The notes under the pieces: generated by a model
Database searches by the model: none
Told to the model about the DNA's origin: nothing
Seen by the model: only the letters and a program-made list of their open reading frames with translations
Sequence record: LR756504.1
DNA: 64,000 nt
Strand: one strand, 5' to 3'
Translations under genes and position numbers: made by a program
In this document: positions 38,265 through 47,753 of the stretch, one piece after another
How positions within the stretch are numbered: the stretch's first letter is position 1
Layout of the letters: every line of letters starts with the position of its first letter

Positions 38265-41200
38265 ATGACATTTAAATCATCAACAGGTTCTCATAAAGTA
38301 AAAGAAGAAGCAGTAATAAAATCGGAAGATATTATTGTTAATAATATTTCAGTTTTTGGCTCTGATGGTAAAATGATAGATTCTAAAATACCATTAGATT
38401 TAGTTACACCACCAATTACGGATTATACAATTTCTACACAATACGAAGGAACTCCCTTAACAACATCAGATAAGCAAATTGTAACATTGGCATCTGGATA
38501 TGAATACTTACATGGTTCTTGTATAGCAGGTAAATATTTATTTGCTGGGTGCAGAAAAGCATCAGGTCAACCTGGTAGAGTTATTAGATTTAATTTAAAT
38601 GATATAACAATACAATCAACAGTTATTTTTCCCGATGCAACTTATAATGGTTGTGAACAGCTTACATATGTACCAAGTAAAAAGAAAATTTATATTGCAC
38701 ATCATAGCACAGGTAATGATTTAAATGTAACTGAACTTGATCCAGAAACTATGTCATATACAAGAGTTATATCTGACTTAGCTATTGGTTATAAAATGTA
38801 TTATCCAACTAACACATCTGATGGAACTTATTTGTATGTTATTTCTGGTGTACAAACAGTAGGGGTTACACTTAAAATTAGAAAGTATGACTTGTCAAAT
38901 TATGCATTTGTATCTGAACTTGATACAGGTATTGTTGCTGGTGGACATGCTGTTAAGTATGATGGACATGGTTCATTATTTGTTACTACTTCTTATAGAA
39001 CTGTAGCAGTACAACAATACGTTTTAAGAATTGATATATTAACTTTTACTTTGGTTGATCAAGGAGCTTTAATTGGTGAGTCATATACTGATGATTTAAC
39101 CATAGTTGGTGATTATGTATATTTAGGTATGGAATATATTTTTAATGCAGTTGATACATTAACTATAGCAAGAGCAAGTAAAACATCACTTAGTACTGTC
39201 GATTATCTTACTATTCCAACAATTAAAGGTAGTTGTTATGGTATGGTTTATGACGGTGAATATTTATGGTGTTTAGCAGCAACTACACCTGGTAATATAA
39301 TAAGAATTGATACCGAAACATTTATAGCAAATATTTATACTACACCTACAGGAGAAGATATACCTAATGAATATTTATTTGATAATAAAAATCATTATTT
39401 TACTTATTGGCAAAGTCCAGCTAAAGTTGCAAGATATAATAAATTACAATATCAACAATCAATTATGCTTAAACCAAGCGAAGGGATTGTCTCTGATTTT
39501 AGATTAGCACCAGAGAATATTACAAAAACTTCACTAGCTACTTTAATTACTACTAATGCTTTAATACCCAATAAGAAATATGCTATTACAGATAGTACTA
39601 ATGGCGGTAAAATCTTAGTTGTAGCAGACGCTATAAATAAATTAGAAAATAATGCTATTTGGTTAAGAAATACAAATCTTAAATCATTTGGTTGGATAAG
39701 ATTGACAGGTGGTGCATCTGGATCAGTAGATACAATTACTGTTGCAGGTGTAAATCAAATGACAGCATCAGTTAACTATACAACTAGTCTTATAAATACA
39801 GTAACATTAGTTGCAACAAATATAAATTCTAATGGTTCGGCAGGTTATACTGCGGTAGCAATGTTAGATACTATTGTTTTACTATCAAAAACAGCAGCAT
39901 CGGCAAATAATGCACAAACAATATCTGGTACAGCAACAACAATAACACTTGGTAATATACAAAATACTGTAAGAGGTTCTGATCCTGTTTTATATCCACT
40001 TGAAATTAAATATGATTTAACTGGTGATGTAATTATGTCATGTTATGATCCTATTCTTAATAATAAAATTGAATCTTCTAAGTCTTATATTGCTTATGCT
40101 AATAGTACATTAGGTGCTTCTCCTATTTTAGATTTTAGATGGGGTGATGGAGCATTTATTGACACAAGAGTTAAGAAAGGATATATTAAAGACGTTTATA
40201 TTGCTGGTGATGGTTTATTTGAAGCCAATTCATTGGATGATTTTTCTTTTATTAGAAACGTAGTTGGAACAAGTTCATCATATTTTGGTATTAATTCATG
40301 TTCAGGTTCAGAAGCAGTTATGCGAAATAACTTGATGTTAGGAACATTTACACAAATAATCAGAAATGAAATAAGAGGTCCAATTACAAATAATATTTTA
40401 TCTGGTTCACAATCAAAAATTTCAACAAATAGTTTATATGTTAAATCGGATGCAACATATATTATAAGTGGTATTACAGGTAATACATTAAGTGGTTCAT
40501 TAGCTTTAATTGCTTATAATATTTTAAATTCTGGTAATGTTAGTACAGCACATACAAAAATATCTAATAATATTTTAAGTGCTAGTAATGCAATTATTTG
40601 GGGTAATGTTTTATCAGGCGAAGGTAGTAGTATTGATAGTAATACTATTTCTGTATCAAGTGGTAGAATTAGAAATAATAGATTGTTTGGTGGACAAACA
40701 TCAATACTTAGTAATATTATATCTGGTGGTACAAGCCCAGGTATATATGATTGTGTACTTAATGGTAAAGGCTCATTTATCAGCTTAAATACTATAAACA
40801 GCCCATCAGGAACAGCACAAGGTATAATTGATTGTACATTAAATGGTCCAAGTACATCAATTACTAATTGTACAATATCAAATAGCGGGTTTATAGGTAG
40901 AATAATATTAGATGCATTAAATGCATCACTTAATGGTATAACAACTGTAACCACTCTTCTTAGGGTTGAAAATATTCATTGGTTAGCAGATAATAGTATA
41001 AAAATGAGATTATTGAAAAATGGCTTAAATGGTACAATAAATAATGGTCAAGTTGGTTCTAATATAGAAATGGGTTATATACCTCTTGCTGGTGTTTATC
41101 CAGTTAGAGCTATGATAGAATTTAATAATTTAACATATGGTGTAGGCGCACGATTACAAATTGGTACAGAAACGGATGATAATCAAAATGTAATGATTGA

Positions 41201-41360
41201 CACAGCTACATCAGCTTTAAATAATATAATAACACCAGGTATTATCACATATAGTAAATCAACTATAGCAAATAGAAAAATTATAGTTGTACCTACTATC
41301 GCTGATATAACAGCAGGTAATGTTGAAATTGTTGTAGAATATCAAAAAAGTAGCTTTTAA
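38265..41360 (+). CDS. Receptor-binding/tail protein (propeller-like N-terminal region, beta-helix-like C-terminal region)
   Basis: 1031 aa; periodic YDGxxL(W/F)V-type blades; repeated N-LSG---I--N rungs. Confidence 0.65.
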   Translation: MTFKSSTGSHKVKEEAVIKSEDIIVNNISVFGSDGKMIDSKIPLDLVTPPITDYTISTQYEGTPLTTSDKQIVTLASGYEYLHGSCIAGKYLFAGCRKASGQPGRVIRFNLNDITIQSTVIFPDATYNGCEQLTYVPSKKKIYIAHHSTGNDLNVTELDPETMSYTRVISDLAIGYKMYYPTNTSDGTYLYVISGVQTVGVTLKIRKYDLSNYAFVSELDTGIVAGGHAVKYDGHGSLFVTTSYRTVAVQQYVLRIDILTFTLVDQGALIGESYTDDLTIVGDYVYLGMEYIFNAVDTLTIARASKTSLSTVDYLTIPTIKGSCYGMVYDGEYLWCLAATTPGNIIRIDTETFIANIYTTPTGEDIPNEYLFDNKNHYFTYWQSPAKVARYNKLQYQQSIMLKPSEGIVSDFRLAPENITKTSLATLITTNALIPNKKYAITDSTNGGKILVVADAINKLENNAIWLRNTNLKSFGWIRLTGGASGSVDTITVAGVNQMTASVNYTTSLINTVTLVATNINSNGSAGYTAVAMLDTIVLLSKTAASANNAQTISGTATTITLGNIQNTVRGSDPVLYPLEIKYDLTGDVIMSCYDPILNNKIESSKSYIAYANSTLGASPILDFRWGDGAFIDTRVKKGYIKDVYIAGDGLFEANSLDDFSFIRNVVGTSSSYFGINSCSGSEAVMRNNLMLGTFTQIIRNEIRGPITNNILSGSQSKISTNSLYVKSDATYIISGITGNTLSGSLALIAYNILNSGNVSTAHTKISNNILSASNAIIWGNVLSGEGSSIDSNTISVSSGRIRNNRLFGGQTSILSNIISGGTSPGIYDCVLNGKGSFISLNTINSPSGTAQGIIDCTLNGPSTSITNCTISNSGFIGRIILDALNASLNGITTVTTLLRVENIHWLADNSIKMRLLKNGLNGTINNGQVGSNIEMGYIPLAGVYPVRAMIEFNNLTYGVGARLQIGTETDDNQNVMIDTATSALNNIITPGIITYSKSTIANRKIIVVPTIADITAGNVEIVVEYQKSSF

Positions 41361-41362
41361 TA

Positions 41363-41410
41363 ATGTCATTTAAATCAACATTAGGTTCACGAATTCTATT
41401 AGAATATTAA
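41363..41410 (+). pseudogene. Remnant 5' end of a paralog of 38265..41360
   Basis: MSFKSTLGSRILLEY* vs MTFKSSTGSHKVKEE. Confidence 0.5.
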
Positions 41411-41421
41411 AATGATAAAAT

Positions 41422-41451
41422 AAAAAAGAGAAGATTAATCTTCTCTTTTTT
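41422..41451. terminator. Bidirectional terminator (perfect 30-bp palindrome)
   Basis: aaaaaagagaagatt|aatcttctctttttt. Confidence 0.9.
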
Positions 41452-41455
41452 ATTA

Positions 41456-41764
41456 TTAACTTATTTGTCCTAAAAGAGTAGTTTCTTTTTTAACTTCTCT
41501 CAGAAATTCATTCCATAGAGTATGTAAATCTTTATCATCCGAATAGTCAATAACAATTGTTATAATACACATTCTTTCGGTAATATTATTGAGATTCTTA
41601 ACTCTATCAATAAGCTTTTTAATTTCTTCTGGGTTTTCCCTTGCGATAGCTTTCATATTTTCAGTTACATCTTTCGGTATAGTAACTTTATTTTTGATAA
41701 CATCACCGTATTGTACGTAATGTTTATTGATATGTTTTTTTAGAATAGTGTATATTTTACTCAT
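41456..41764 (-). CDS. Hypothetical early protein
   Basis: TTTG-20 nt-TATTTTTG at 41784-41815. Confidence 0.75.
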   Translation of the reverse strand: MSKIYTILKKHINKHYVQYGDVIKNKVTIPKDVTENMKAIARENPEEIKKLIDRVKNLNNITERMCIITIVIDYSDDKDLHTLWNEFLREVKKETTLLGQIS

Positions 41765-41816
41765 GATTTTAACTTAATTTATACAAAAATAATTAAAATA
41801 TTTTAAATAAACAAAT

Positions 41817-41942
41817 TTATTGGGTATTTGTTTGTAGATTTTCAATAATCTTTTTCAAATTTATACCATCTTCTTCCAAAAACAATATTCTTGCCTCTAA
41901 AATTTTAATTTTTCTAAGAATATTTAAAAGCTGTTGATTCAT
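41817..41942 (-). CDS. Small coiled-coil-like protein (not in ORF track)
   Basis: MNQQLLNILRKIKILEARILFLEEDGINLKKIIENLQTNTQ*. Confidence 0.5.
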   Translation of the reverse strand: MNQQLLNILRKIKILEARILFLEEDGINLKKIIENLQTNTQ

Positions 41943-41995
41943 TTCTAACTGAGAACTTTTCTTTCTTTTCATTCCATATATATTCGATTTATTAT

Positions 41996-42709
41996 CTAAT
42001 CTTTAGCTCTCATAAAATATGGTAGTGACATATTAGTTTGAATTTTTCTACTATCTTTCTTTACAAATTCTATTAAATGTCTTTTAACTGTGATGATAGC
42101 AAAATAATCACAATTACTCAACTCATACAATAAATTTTTAGAATATCCATAACTATAACCAATACCGCTCTTTTTAGAAAAGAAATATTCTTTTTTAGAT
42201 ATTACAAAATCTATCATATGATTATATGATTCCCTCTCATGTTTACCAAGTTTAGGTGTAATGTTAAATATCTCTTTAGGTGGCTCTAAATTATCTTTAA
42301 TTGGACGATTATATTTTTTTACAATTTCTACAATTTCTCCATTAGGTGTTATAATACCTGAATATTCATTATTTAAAATTGTATCAATAATAGTACCCCT
42401 AATATCATATGAATATTCAGATGTTTTAGTCTTCTTACTAATGAGACTATATCCGTTATTTATTGCCTCGGTGATAATATTATTAAATTGTTCTTTCTCA
42501 GAACTATTAGAAACGATACTTTTTATAGCAGACATTGCACTATCCAGTAGAGTCATATCACTTTTTGAAGCAGGTTTAACTACACCATCTTTTCTTAATG
42601 GTATAATATCAGTTTTTAAAAGTTTTCTTTCAACTTTTAAAATCCTACCCATCTTACCACTTTGATTCAACCTACTTAAAAACTTTCCATATTTTTGGGT
42701 ATCTGACAT
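41996..42709 (-). CDS. Repeat-domain family protein (2 repeats)
   Basis: Shared N-terminus YGKFLSRLNQSGKMGRILK; Y(S/F)(G/A)II...EI/EF...R-I repeats. Confidence 0.8.
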   Translation of the reverse strand: MSDTQKYGKFLSRLNQSGKMGRILKVERKLLKTDIIPLRKDGVVKPASKSDMTLLDSAMSAIKSIVSNSSEKEQFNNIITEAINNGYSLISKKTKTSEYSYDIRGTIIDTILNNEYSGIITPNGEIVEIVKKYNRPIKDNLEPPKEIFNITPKLGKHERESYNHMIDFVISKKEYFFSKKSGIGYSYGYSKNLLYELSNCDYFAIITVKRHLIEFVKKDSRKIQTNMSLPYFMRAKD

Positions 42710-42710
42710 A

Positions 42711-44384
42711 TTAAATAAATTTTGGTAGTTCCATATCGGGCGTAATTTCTCTTACACCTGTTTTTATATACTCATAAATTTTTTCTCTATCATTATCAAT
42801 TATACCAATATAATCAGCTTTTCCAAAATCACTAATATTCATATGACATCCACCAATATATGTTGTAGATTTAGTTCTTGTAAGAAATTTATGAGACGCA
42901 TTTTTTAATACATCTTGAAATGCAAATACATATTCAAATTCCATTTTATAATTCCTCAATTTTGAATTAGGAAATATTGAACTTGTTATACTTCTTACTT
43001 CTAATAAAGAATATTCAACAAGAGTATTACCAACTCTGAATGCAAAATATTTTGAACCTTTAATTCTATAATTCCACATTACATTAGTATCACCAGTTAA
43101 TATATCATTTTTATATTTTATAATTGATAAATTTCTTTTAATAATTTCTTTAAAATCAATTTCAAGCTGAGTAATTTCTTTATTAATATTTAAATTAGGT
43201 AATGGAATACCATCCATTTCAATTTCCCTTTCTCCTATTTTTACAAATTCTGTAATTCTACCACAATCACTAATGTGAGCAAAATAATCAACACCATTTA
43301 ATATTGTTTGCGCTTTAGTACCGTTTTCGTAATAATTAGAAGTGAATGAACCATTCTTCCATCTATATATAAACCACCCCTGTTTTTCTACGGCATCATT
43401 AATAGATTTTAAAAAACTAATTGTCTCTTCAGTAAATCCCATATTAATAAGAATTGGATTTTGAACTATATCATCTATCAAATCTTTTGTACCAAGATTG
43501 TAATATTCAACTAATTTATTTTTAGAACGAAATCCAACATAATTACCATCAAGTAGACTACTTAATAAATTTACACTATCAATATACCCAAACACATCTA
43601 TAAACTCACCATCTTTATATTTAATTAAATTAAAATCACTAGTTCTTCTAACACATTCATTAAATTTTGTATAAAGCCTACTTTCAACTGTCTCTTTTTT
43701 TGTAGGTGGTATAATAGGAATTGGTGGTGGTATAATAACTGTGTGTATAGTTAAAGATTCATCTGATACTACATCATTATTATACAAAATTGGCGTTGGA
43801 GTTTTTTCCGAAATTTTTCTAATACCTATCTTTCTAAATTCTGCAATATTTCCACTTTTAGTAAATATTCCTAAATAATCGGAATTGAGTGCGTATGTTA
43901 TCATACCATCATCAGTTCCTTTATATTCATTTTTATACTTACTGTCATTTCTTATGACTATTTGATATTTATGTGCTGCTTTAATAGCATCATTGTAATT
44001 TTTCTTATCAGTATCATAATTTTCAACATTATCAACAAAACAAGATAGCATATCAATATCTTTACCATAAGTATATTCTCTTGAACCTAAATTTTGATAT
44101 TCATGTATATTTCCTATGTTAGATAAAATACCGATATATTCATTATTTAAAAATGTAGATAGCAATGTTGTATCACCTATACCAATATTATAGTTATCGT
44201 TCTTATCTAATCGTGTGATTATACATGTTCCAATTTTTTTAGCAGTACATATTGCATGATTTAATTTAAAAATCTCAATATCAGTACCAGGTTCAAAATC
44301 AGGCATAGTCTTAATAATCTTTCCCATTCTTCCTGAATGATTAAGATTCCCAAGAAACTGCCCATATGTTCTTACGATTGTCAT
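42711..44384 (-). CDS. Repeat-domain family protein (about 6 repeats)
   Basis: N-terminus YGQFLGNLNHSGRMGKIIK; six Y-G/A-I...E(F/Y)..(G).R.I units. Confidence 0.8.
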   Translation of the reverse strand: MTIVRTYGQFLGNLNHSGRMGKIIKTMPDFEPGTDIEIFKLNHAICTAKKIGTCIITRLDKNDNYNIGIGDTTLLSTFLNNEYIGILSNIGNIHEYQNLGSREYTYGKDIDMLSCFVDNVENYDTDKKNYNDAIKAAHKYQIVIRNDSKYKNEYKGTDDGMITYALNSDYLGIFTKSGNIAEFRKIGIRKISEKTPTPILYNNDVVSDESLTIHTVIIPPPIPIIPPTKKETVESRLYTKFNECVRRTSDFNLIKYKDGEFIDVFGYIDSVNLLSSLLDGNYVGFRSKNKLVEYYNLGTKDLIDDIVQNPILINMGFTEETISFLKSINDAVEKQGWFIYRWKNGSFTSNYYENGTKAQTILNGVDYFAHISDCGRITEFVKIGEREIEMDGIPLPNLNINKEITQLEIDFKEIIKRNLSIIKYKNDILTGDTNVMWNYRIKGSKYFAFRVGNTLVEYSLLEVRSITSSIFPNSKLRNYKMEFEYVFAFQDVLKNASHKFLTRTKSTTYIGGCHMNISDFGKADYIGIIDNDREKIYEYIKTGVREITPDMELPKFI

Positions 44385-44393
44385 AAAATATCT

Positions 44394-45638
44394 TTATTTG
44401 CGGTAAATTACAGGTTCTTCTTCAGCAGTTTTTCTATCTCTTTTATCAACTAAGATAAATTCATATAGTTTATTAGTAGTACTTCTTACGGCAAAATACT
44501 CAAATTCCTCTTTAATTAATTTTTCTATAAATTCTGTTTGTCCTTGAGTTAGTTTATCACCTCTAAATCCATCCTTATCTCTAACAAAAATAATGGATTC
44601 GTCAAGAACTTTATTGAAATCTTCAGTTTCAAATTTCACACCTTCCCAAACACCTTGATGTTTTAATTTTTCGGTAAGAACATCATTAACTTCCATATTA
44701 TGTGCAATAGGACGAATATCAACTCTCCAATATTCGTATATAGTATCTTTCGTCACGATAGCATTATATTCACTACTCATGAAACTATCAATCATTTTAG
44801 TCGGAAATATCTTATTGGTAAATATTGTATTACTTCTAAAATTACATTCATAAGCTTTACTATCGCTCTTTCTTTTAATATAACCAAAACCATTATCATC
44901 AATACTCATTAAAGCTTTTGAAAATGTATTTTTTGATTTAATATTTTTCGGTTCTGAAATAATTTTTGTTTCTATTTTTAGAAATTCACCAATACTTGTT
45001 CCGCTATTTGAATAATCATTACCACCATAAATTAAAGGTGCTTCCGAATCATCAGAAAGTTTTCTATATCCAAATCTTACATATTCCAGTAAATTAGGCT
45101 TCTTTGAGAAAAATCCAAAGTATTTATATTTAATAATTTTCTTTAGAACATCAAAACCAGTTTTTCCTTCACTATTATATCCATTTTTATCTTTAATAAT
45201 GATTTGATAAGTTGCTGCTGCTGTTAATGCTCTATTAAAATCTTTATACTCTTTTTTAACATCATGCTCAATGGGTTCTATAGAAGATACTTTTTCAAGA
45301 GGTTGACACTCAACATCCTTAACATATGCTCTTGATGATATTTTATTAAATTCAGAAATGAATATATCACCACTTTTAGTTGTAAGAACACCAACATAAT
45401 CATTATTTAAGAATGGTTCTAAATCATTGTATGTATCTGATAAATAACCTGTATCTTTATTCTTCCTCGTAATTACACAATGTCCATATTTTTTAGCATT
45501 AACTAAAGCAATGTTAAATTTAACCATTTCTGGATCAGCATCAGGAGAAAAATCAGGAATGGTTTTAATAACCTTCCCCGTTTTTCCAGCGTGGTTTAAC
45601 CCACCAAGAAATATACCCCAACTCTTTACGTTTGACAT
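44394..45638 (-). CDS. Repeat-domain family protein (about 4 repeats)
   Basis: N-terminus WGIFLGGLNHAGKTGKVIK; TATCTTTG promoter at 45656-45663. Confidence 0.8.
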   Translation of the reverse strand: MSNVKSWGIFLGGLNHAGKTGKVIKTIPDFSPDADPEMVKFNIALVNAKKYGHCVITRKNKDTGYLSDTYNDLEPFLNNDYVGVLTTKSGDIFISEFNKISSRAYVKDVECQPLEKVSSIEPIEHDVKKEYKDFNRALTAAATYQIIIKDKNGYNSEGKTGFDVLKKIIKYKYFGFFSKKPNLLEYVRFGYRKLSDDSEAPLIYGGNDYSNSGTSIGEFLKIETKIISEPKNIKSKNTFSKALMSIDDNGFGYIKRKSDSKAYECNFRSNTIFTNKIFPTKMIDSFMSSEYNAIVTKDTIYEYWRVDIRPIAHNMEVNDVLTEKLKHQGVWEGVKFETEDFNKVLDESIIFVRDKDGFRGDKLTQGQTEFIEKLIKEEFEYFAVRSTTNKLYEFILVDKRDRKTAEEEPVIYRK

Positions 45639-45672
45639 TCTTAAATATTTTTCTACAAAGATATGTATATTT

Positions 45673-45703
45673 TTTGAAATAACGAAATAATTCTGTAAAT
45701 TTG
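45673..45703 (+). promoter_or_regulatory. Bacteroidota-type sigma70 promoter
   Basis: TTTG-19 nt-TAAATTTG-tat-ATG. Confidence 0.75.
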
Positions 45704-45706
45704 TAT

Positions 45707-46867
45707 ATGAATATTTTAAAAGACATAAATAACATTGATGGAATTAAAGCTTTAACAGCTAAAGGTGGTGAAATTTTTCTTGTTGGTGGTATAGTTAGAG
45801 ATTCATTTTTGAATAAAGAGTCTAAAGATATAGATTTAATAGTAAGATTATTAGAAATAGATGTTATTGAAAAAATACTATTGCCTCATGGTTTTGTTAA
45901 AAAAGATGTTGGTAAATCTTTTAGTGTAATCAAATTTATTCCCAAAGGATGGACTAAAGAACCAATTGACATTGCTTTACCTAGAACAGAAAAAAAGATT
46001 GATATTGGACATAAAGGCTTTAAAATTGACGCAAATCCATTTCTTGAAATCGAAGAGGATTTAATTCGCCGTGACATAACGATAAACTCTATTGCTATAT
46101 CATTAAAAGATGGAAGAGTGATTGATCCGTTTAATGGTATTTCTGATATTAAAAATAAACTCATTAAAGCCACATCTAATCAATCTTTTATAGAGGATCC
46201 ATTAAGAATTCTCAGAGTAATTCAATTTGCTTCTCGCTTTGATTTTGATATTGAAGATGAAACATTTGATCTTATTTTAAAAAATGTTCAATCTTTAGAT
46301 GAAATAAGCGGAGAAAGAATTACTACCGAACTTGATAAAATTTTCACAAAAGGAGACATTCAAAAAGGATTTAAACTTTTAAAAGACTCTAAAGTTCTTA
46401 AACAAATAACAGGCTCAGAACCTATTGACTTTCAATTAGATTCAAAAATAACACGCTCAGAATTCTTCTTCTTATTATTTCAAGGTTCTCATTCTCCCGA
46501 ATCAATATTTGAAAAAAGATTGAATGGTGATGTTGATACCATAAAAGGAATCAAAGCTTTGAATATTTTCAGAAATAAATTTACAACAGATTTATCAGAA
46601 ATTGAAAAAAGATTTCTGATGGTAGAACTTATTACTAAATCTAACGATGTTTTAAATTTTTCAATTTTAAAAGGATTGGAGACTGAAATAACACAATTTA
46701 GAAATAAAGAATTTCCATCTAAAATTACAGATTTAGCTATTAATGGTGATATTTTAATGAACAAAGGATTAAAAGGTAAAGAAATTGGTGATAAATTAAA
46801 ACTTTTATTATTCGAAGTTCTACAAGGAAAAAAGAAAAACATTATAGAAGATTTATTAAATGATTGA
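45707..46867 (+). CDS. cca: Class II tRNA nucleotidyltransferase (CCA-adding/poly(A) polymerase family)
   Basis: FLVGGIVRD...KDIDL, EEDLIRRDITINSIA, EDPLRILRVIQFASRF; no HD domain seen. Confidence 0.9.
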   Translation: MNILKDINNIDGIKALTAKGGEIFLVGGIVRDSFLNKESKDIDLIVRLLEIDVIEKILLPHGFVKKDVGKSFSVIKFIPKGWTKEPIDIALPRTEKKIDIGHKGFKIDANPFLEIEEDLIRRDITINSIAISLKDGRVIDPFNGISDIKNKLIKATSNQSFIEDPLRILRVIQFASRFDFDIEDETFDLILKNVQSLDEISGERITTELDKIFTKGDIQKGFKLLKDSKVLKQITGSEPIDFQLDSKITRSEFFFLLFQGSHSPESIFEKRLNGDVDTIKGIKALNIFRNKFTTDLSEIEKRFLMVELITKSNDVLNFSILKGLETEITQFRNKEFPSKITDLAINGDILMNKGLKGKEIGDKLKLLLFEVLQGKKKNIIEDLLND

Positions 46868-47072
46868 AGAAATTGTTTACACTATAATATTCTTCCTATC
46901 TTATGTTATACCTATTTCTATCTCTGTTATATTAGAGAAATTGGCAAACAAAAAAGATATGGATGTTTTGTGGTTTATATTGCTAATTTATAACTTTTTC
47001 GGAATTATAATAATATGGATCATAAATTGGAATATACTTAAATATATGGTAATAAGAATATTCGTATTTTAA
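46860..47072 (+). CDS. Small 2-TM membrane protein
   Basis: Two hydrophobic segments. Confidence 0.65.
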   Translation: MIEEIVYTIIFFLSYVIPISISVILEKLANKKDMDVLWFILLIYNFFGIIIIWIINWNILKYMVIRIFVF

Positions 47073-47183
47073 TACTTAAAACAAATATTAAATAATGCAT
47101 ATAATGTAAAATATACCATGTTCAAATAAATTGTTATGGTTTATTGGTGGTGATACCCACAATAAAAAACTATAGCGCATTAA

Positions 47184-47480
47184 ATGGCAGATCAAAATGA
47201 AATTATAAATAATATAAGACGTAAACGAAGATTTAATGCGAGAATAAGTCGAATAATTGCAGATGTTTTAAGTGTTAATGAAATTGATTTTAACGCTGAC
47301 ACTGTTATAAAAGGATTTCATAAAGCTGACGAAATAGATATTTTAGAAATTATAATTGGAATAGAAACTGAATTTGATATTCAAATACCCGATAATTTAT
47401 TTTCAGAATTTAAAACTGTTGGTGATTTCTATGATTATGTTAGAAATGCCACTGGTGGAAAAAATAGAAGTTTAAATTAG
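47184..47480 (+). CDS. Acyl-carrier-protein-fold protein, Ser-to-Glu at the phosphopantetheine site
   Basis: ADEIDILEIIIGIETEFDIQIPD...KTVGDFYDYV aligns with AcpP [23 protein letters not shown]...TTVQAAIDYI. Confidence 0.85.
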   Translation: MADQNEIINNIRRKRRFNARISRIIADVLSVNEIDFNADTVIKGFHKADEIDILEIIIGIETEFDIQIPDNLFSEFKTVGDFYDYVRNATGGKNRSLN

Positions 47481-47753
47481 ATGGATATAATATCTTTAAG
47501 AAATAAAAGAAGCTCTGAAAAGATAGTGAAAACTTCTATTTCGGAAGTATTAAGAATAAATATAGATAAATTAGATACATTAAATAAAAATTCAATACTA
47601 TATGAAGAATTAAATATAGACGAACTCGACTTAATAGAAATAATAATGTTAATTGAAAGAAGAATGAATGTTATTTTTAAAGATGATGAAGTCGAAAAAA
47701 TTTTAACAGTAGGTGATATTTATAACTATGTTCAACAAAAAATCAAACGTTAA
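47481..47753 (+). CDS. Second ACP-fold protein, Ser-to-Glu at the phosphopantetheine site
   Basis: ELNIDELDLIEIIMLIERRMNVIFKDDEVEKILTVGDIYNYV. Confidence 0.85.
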   Translation: MDIISLRNKRSSEKIVKTSISEVLRINIDKLDTLNKNSILYEELNIDELDLIEIIMLIERRMNVIFKDDEVEKILTVGDIYNYVQQKIKR

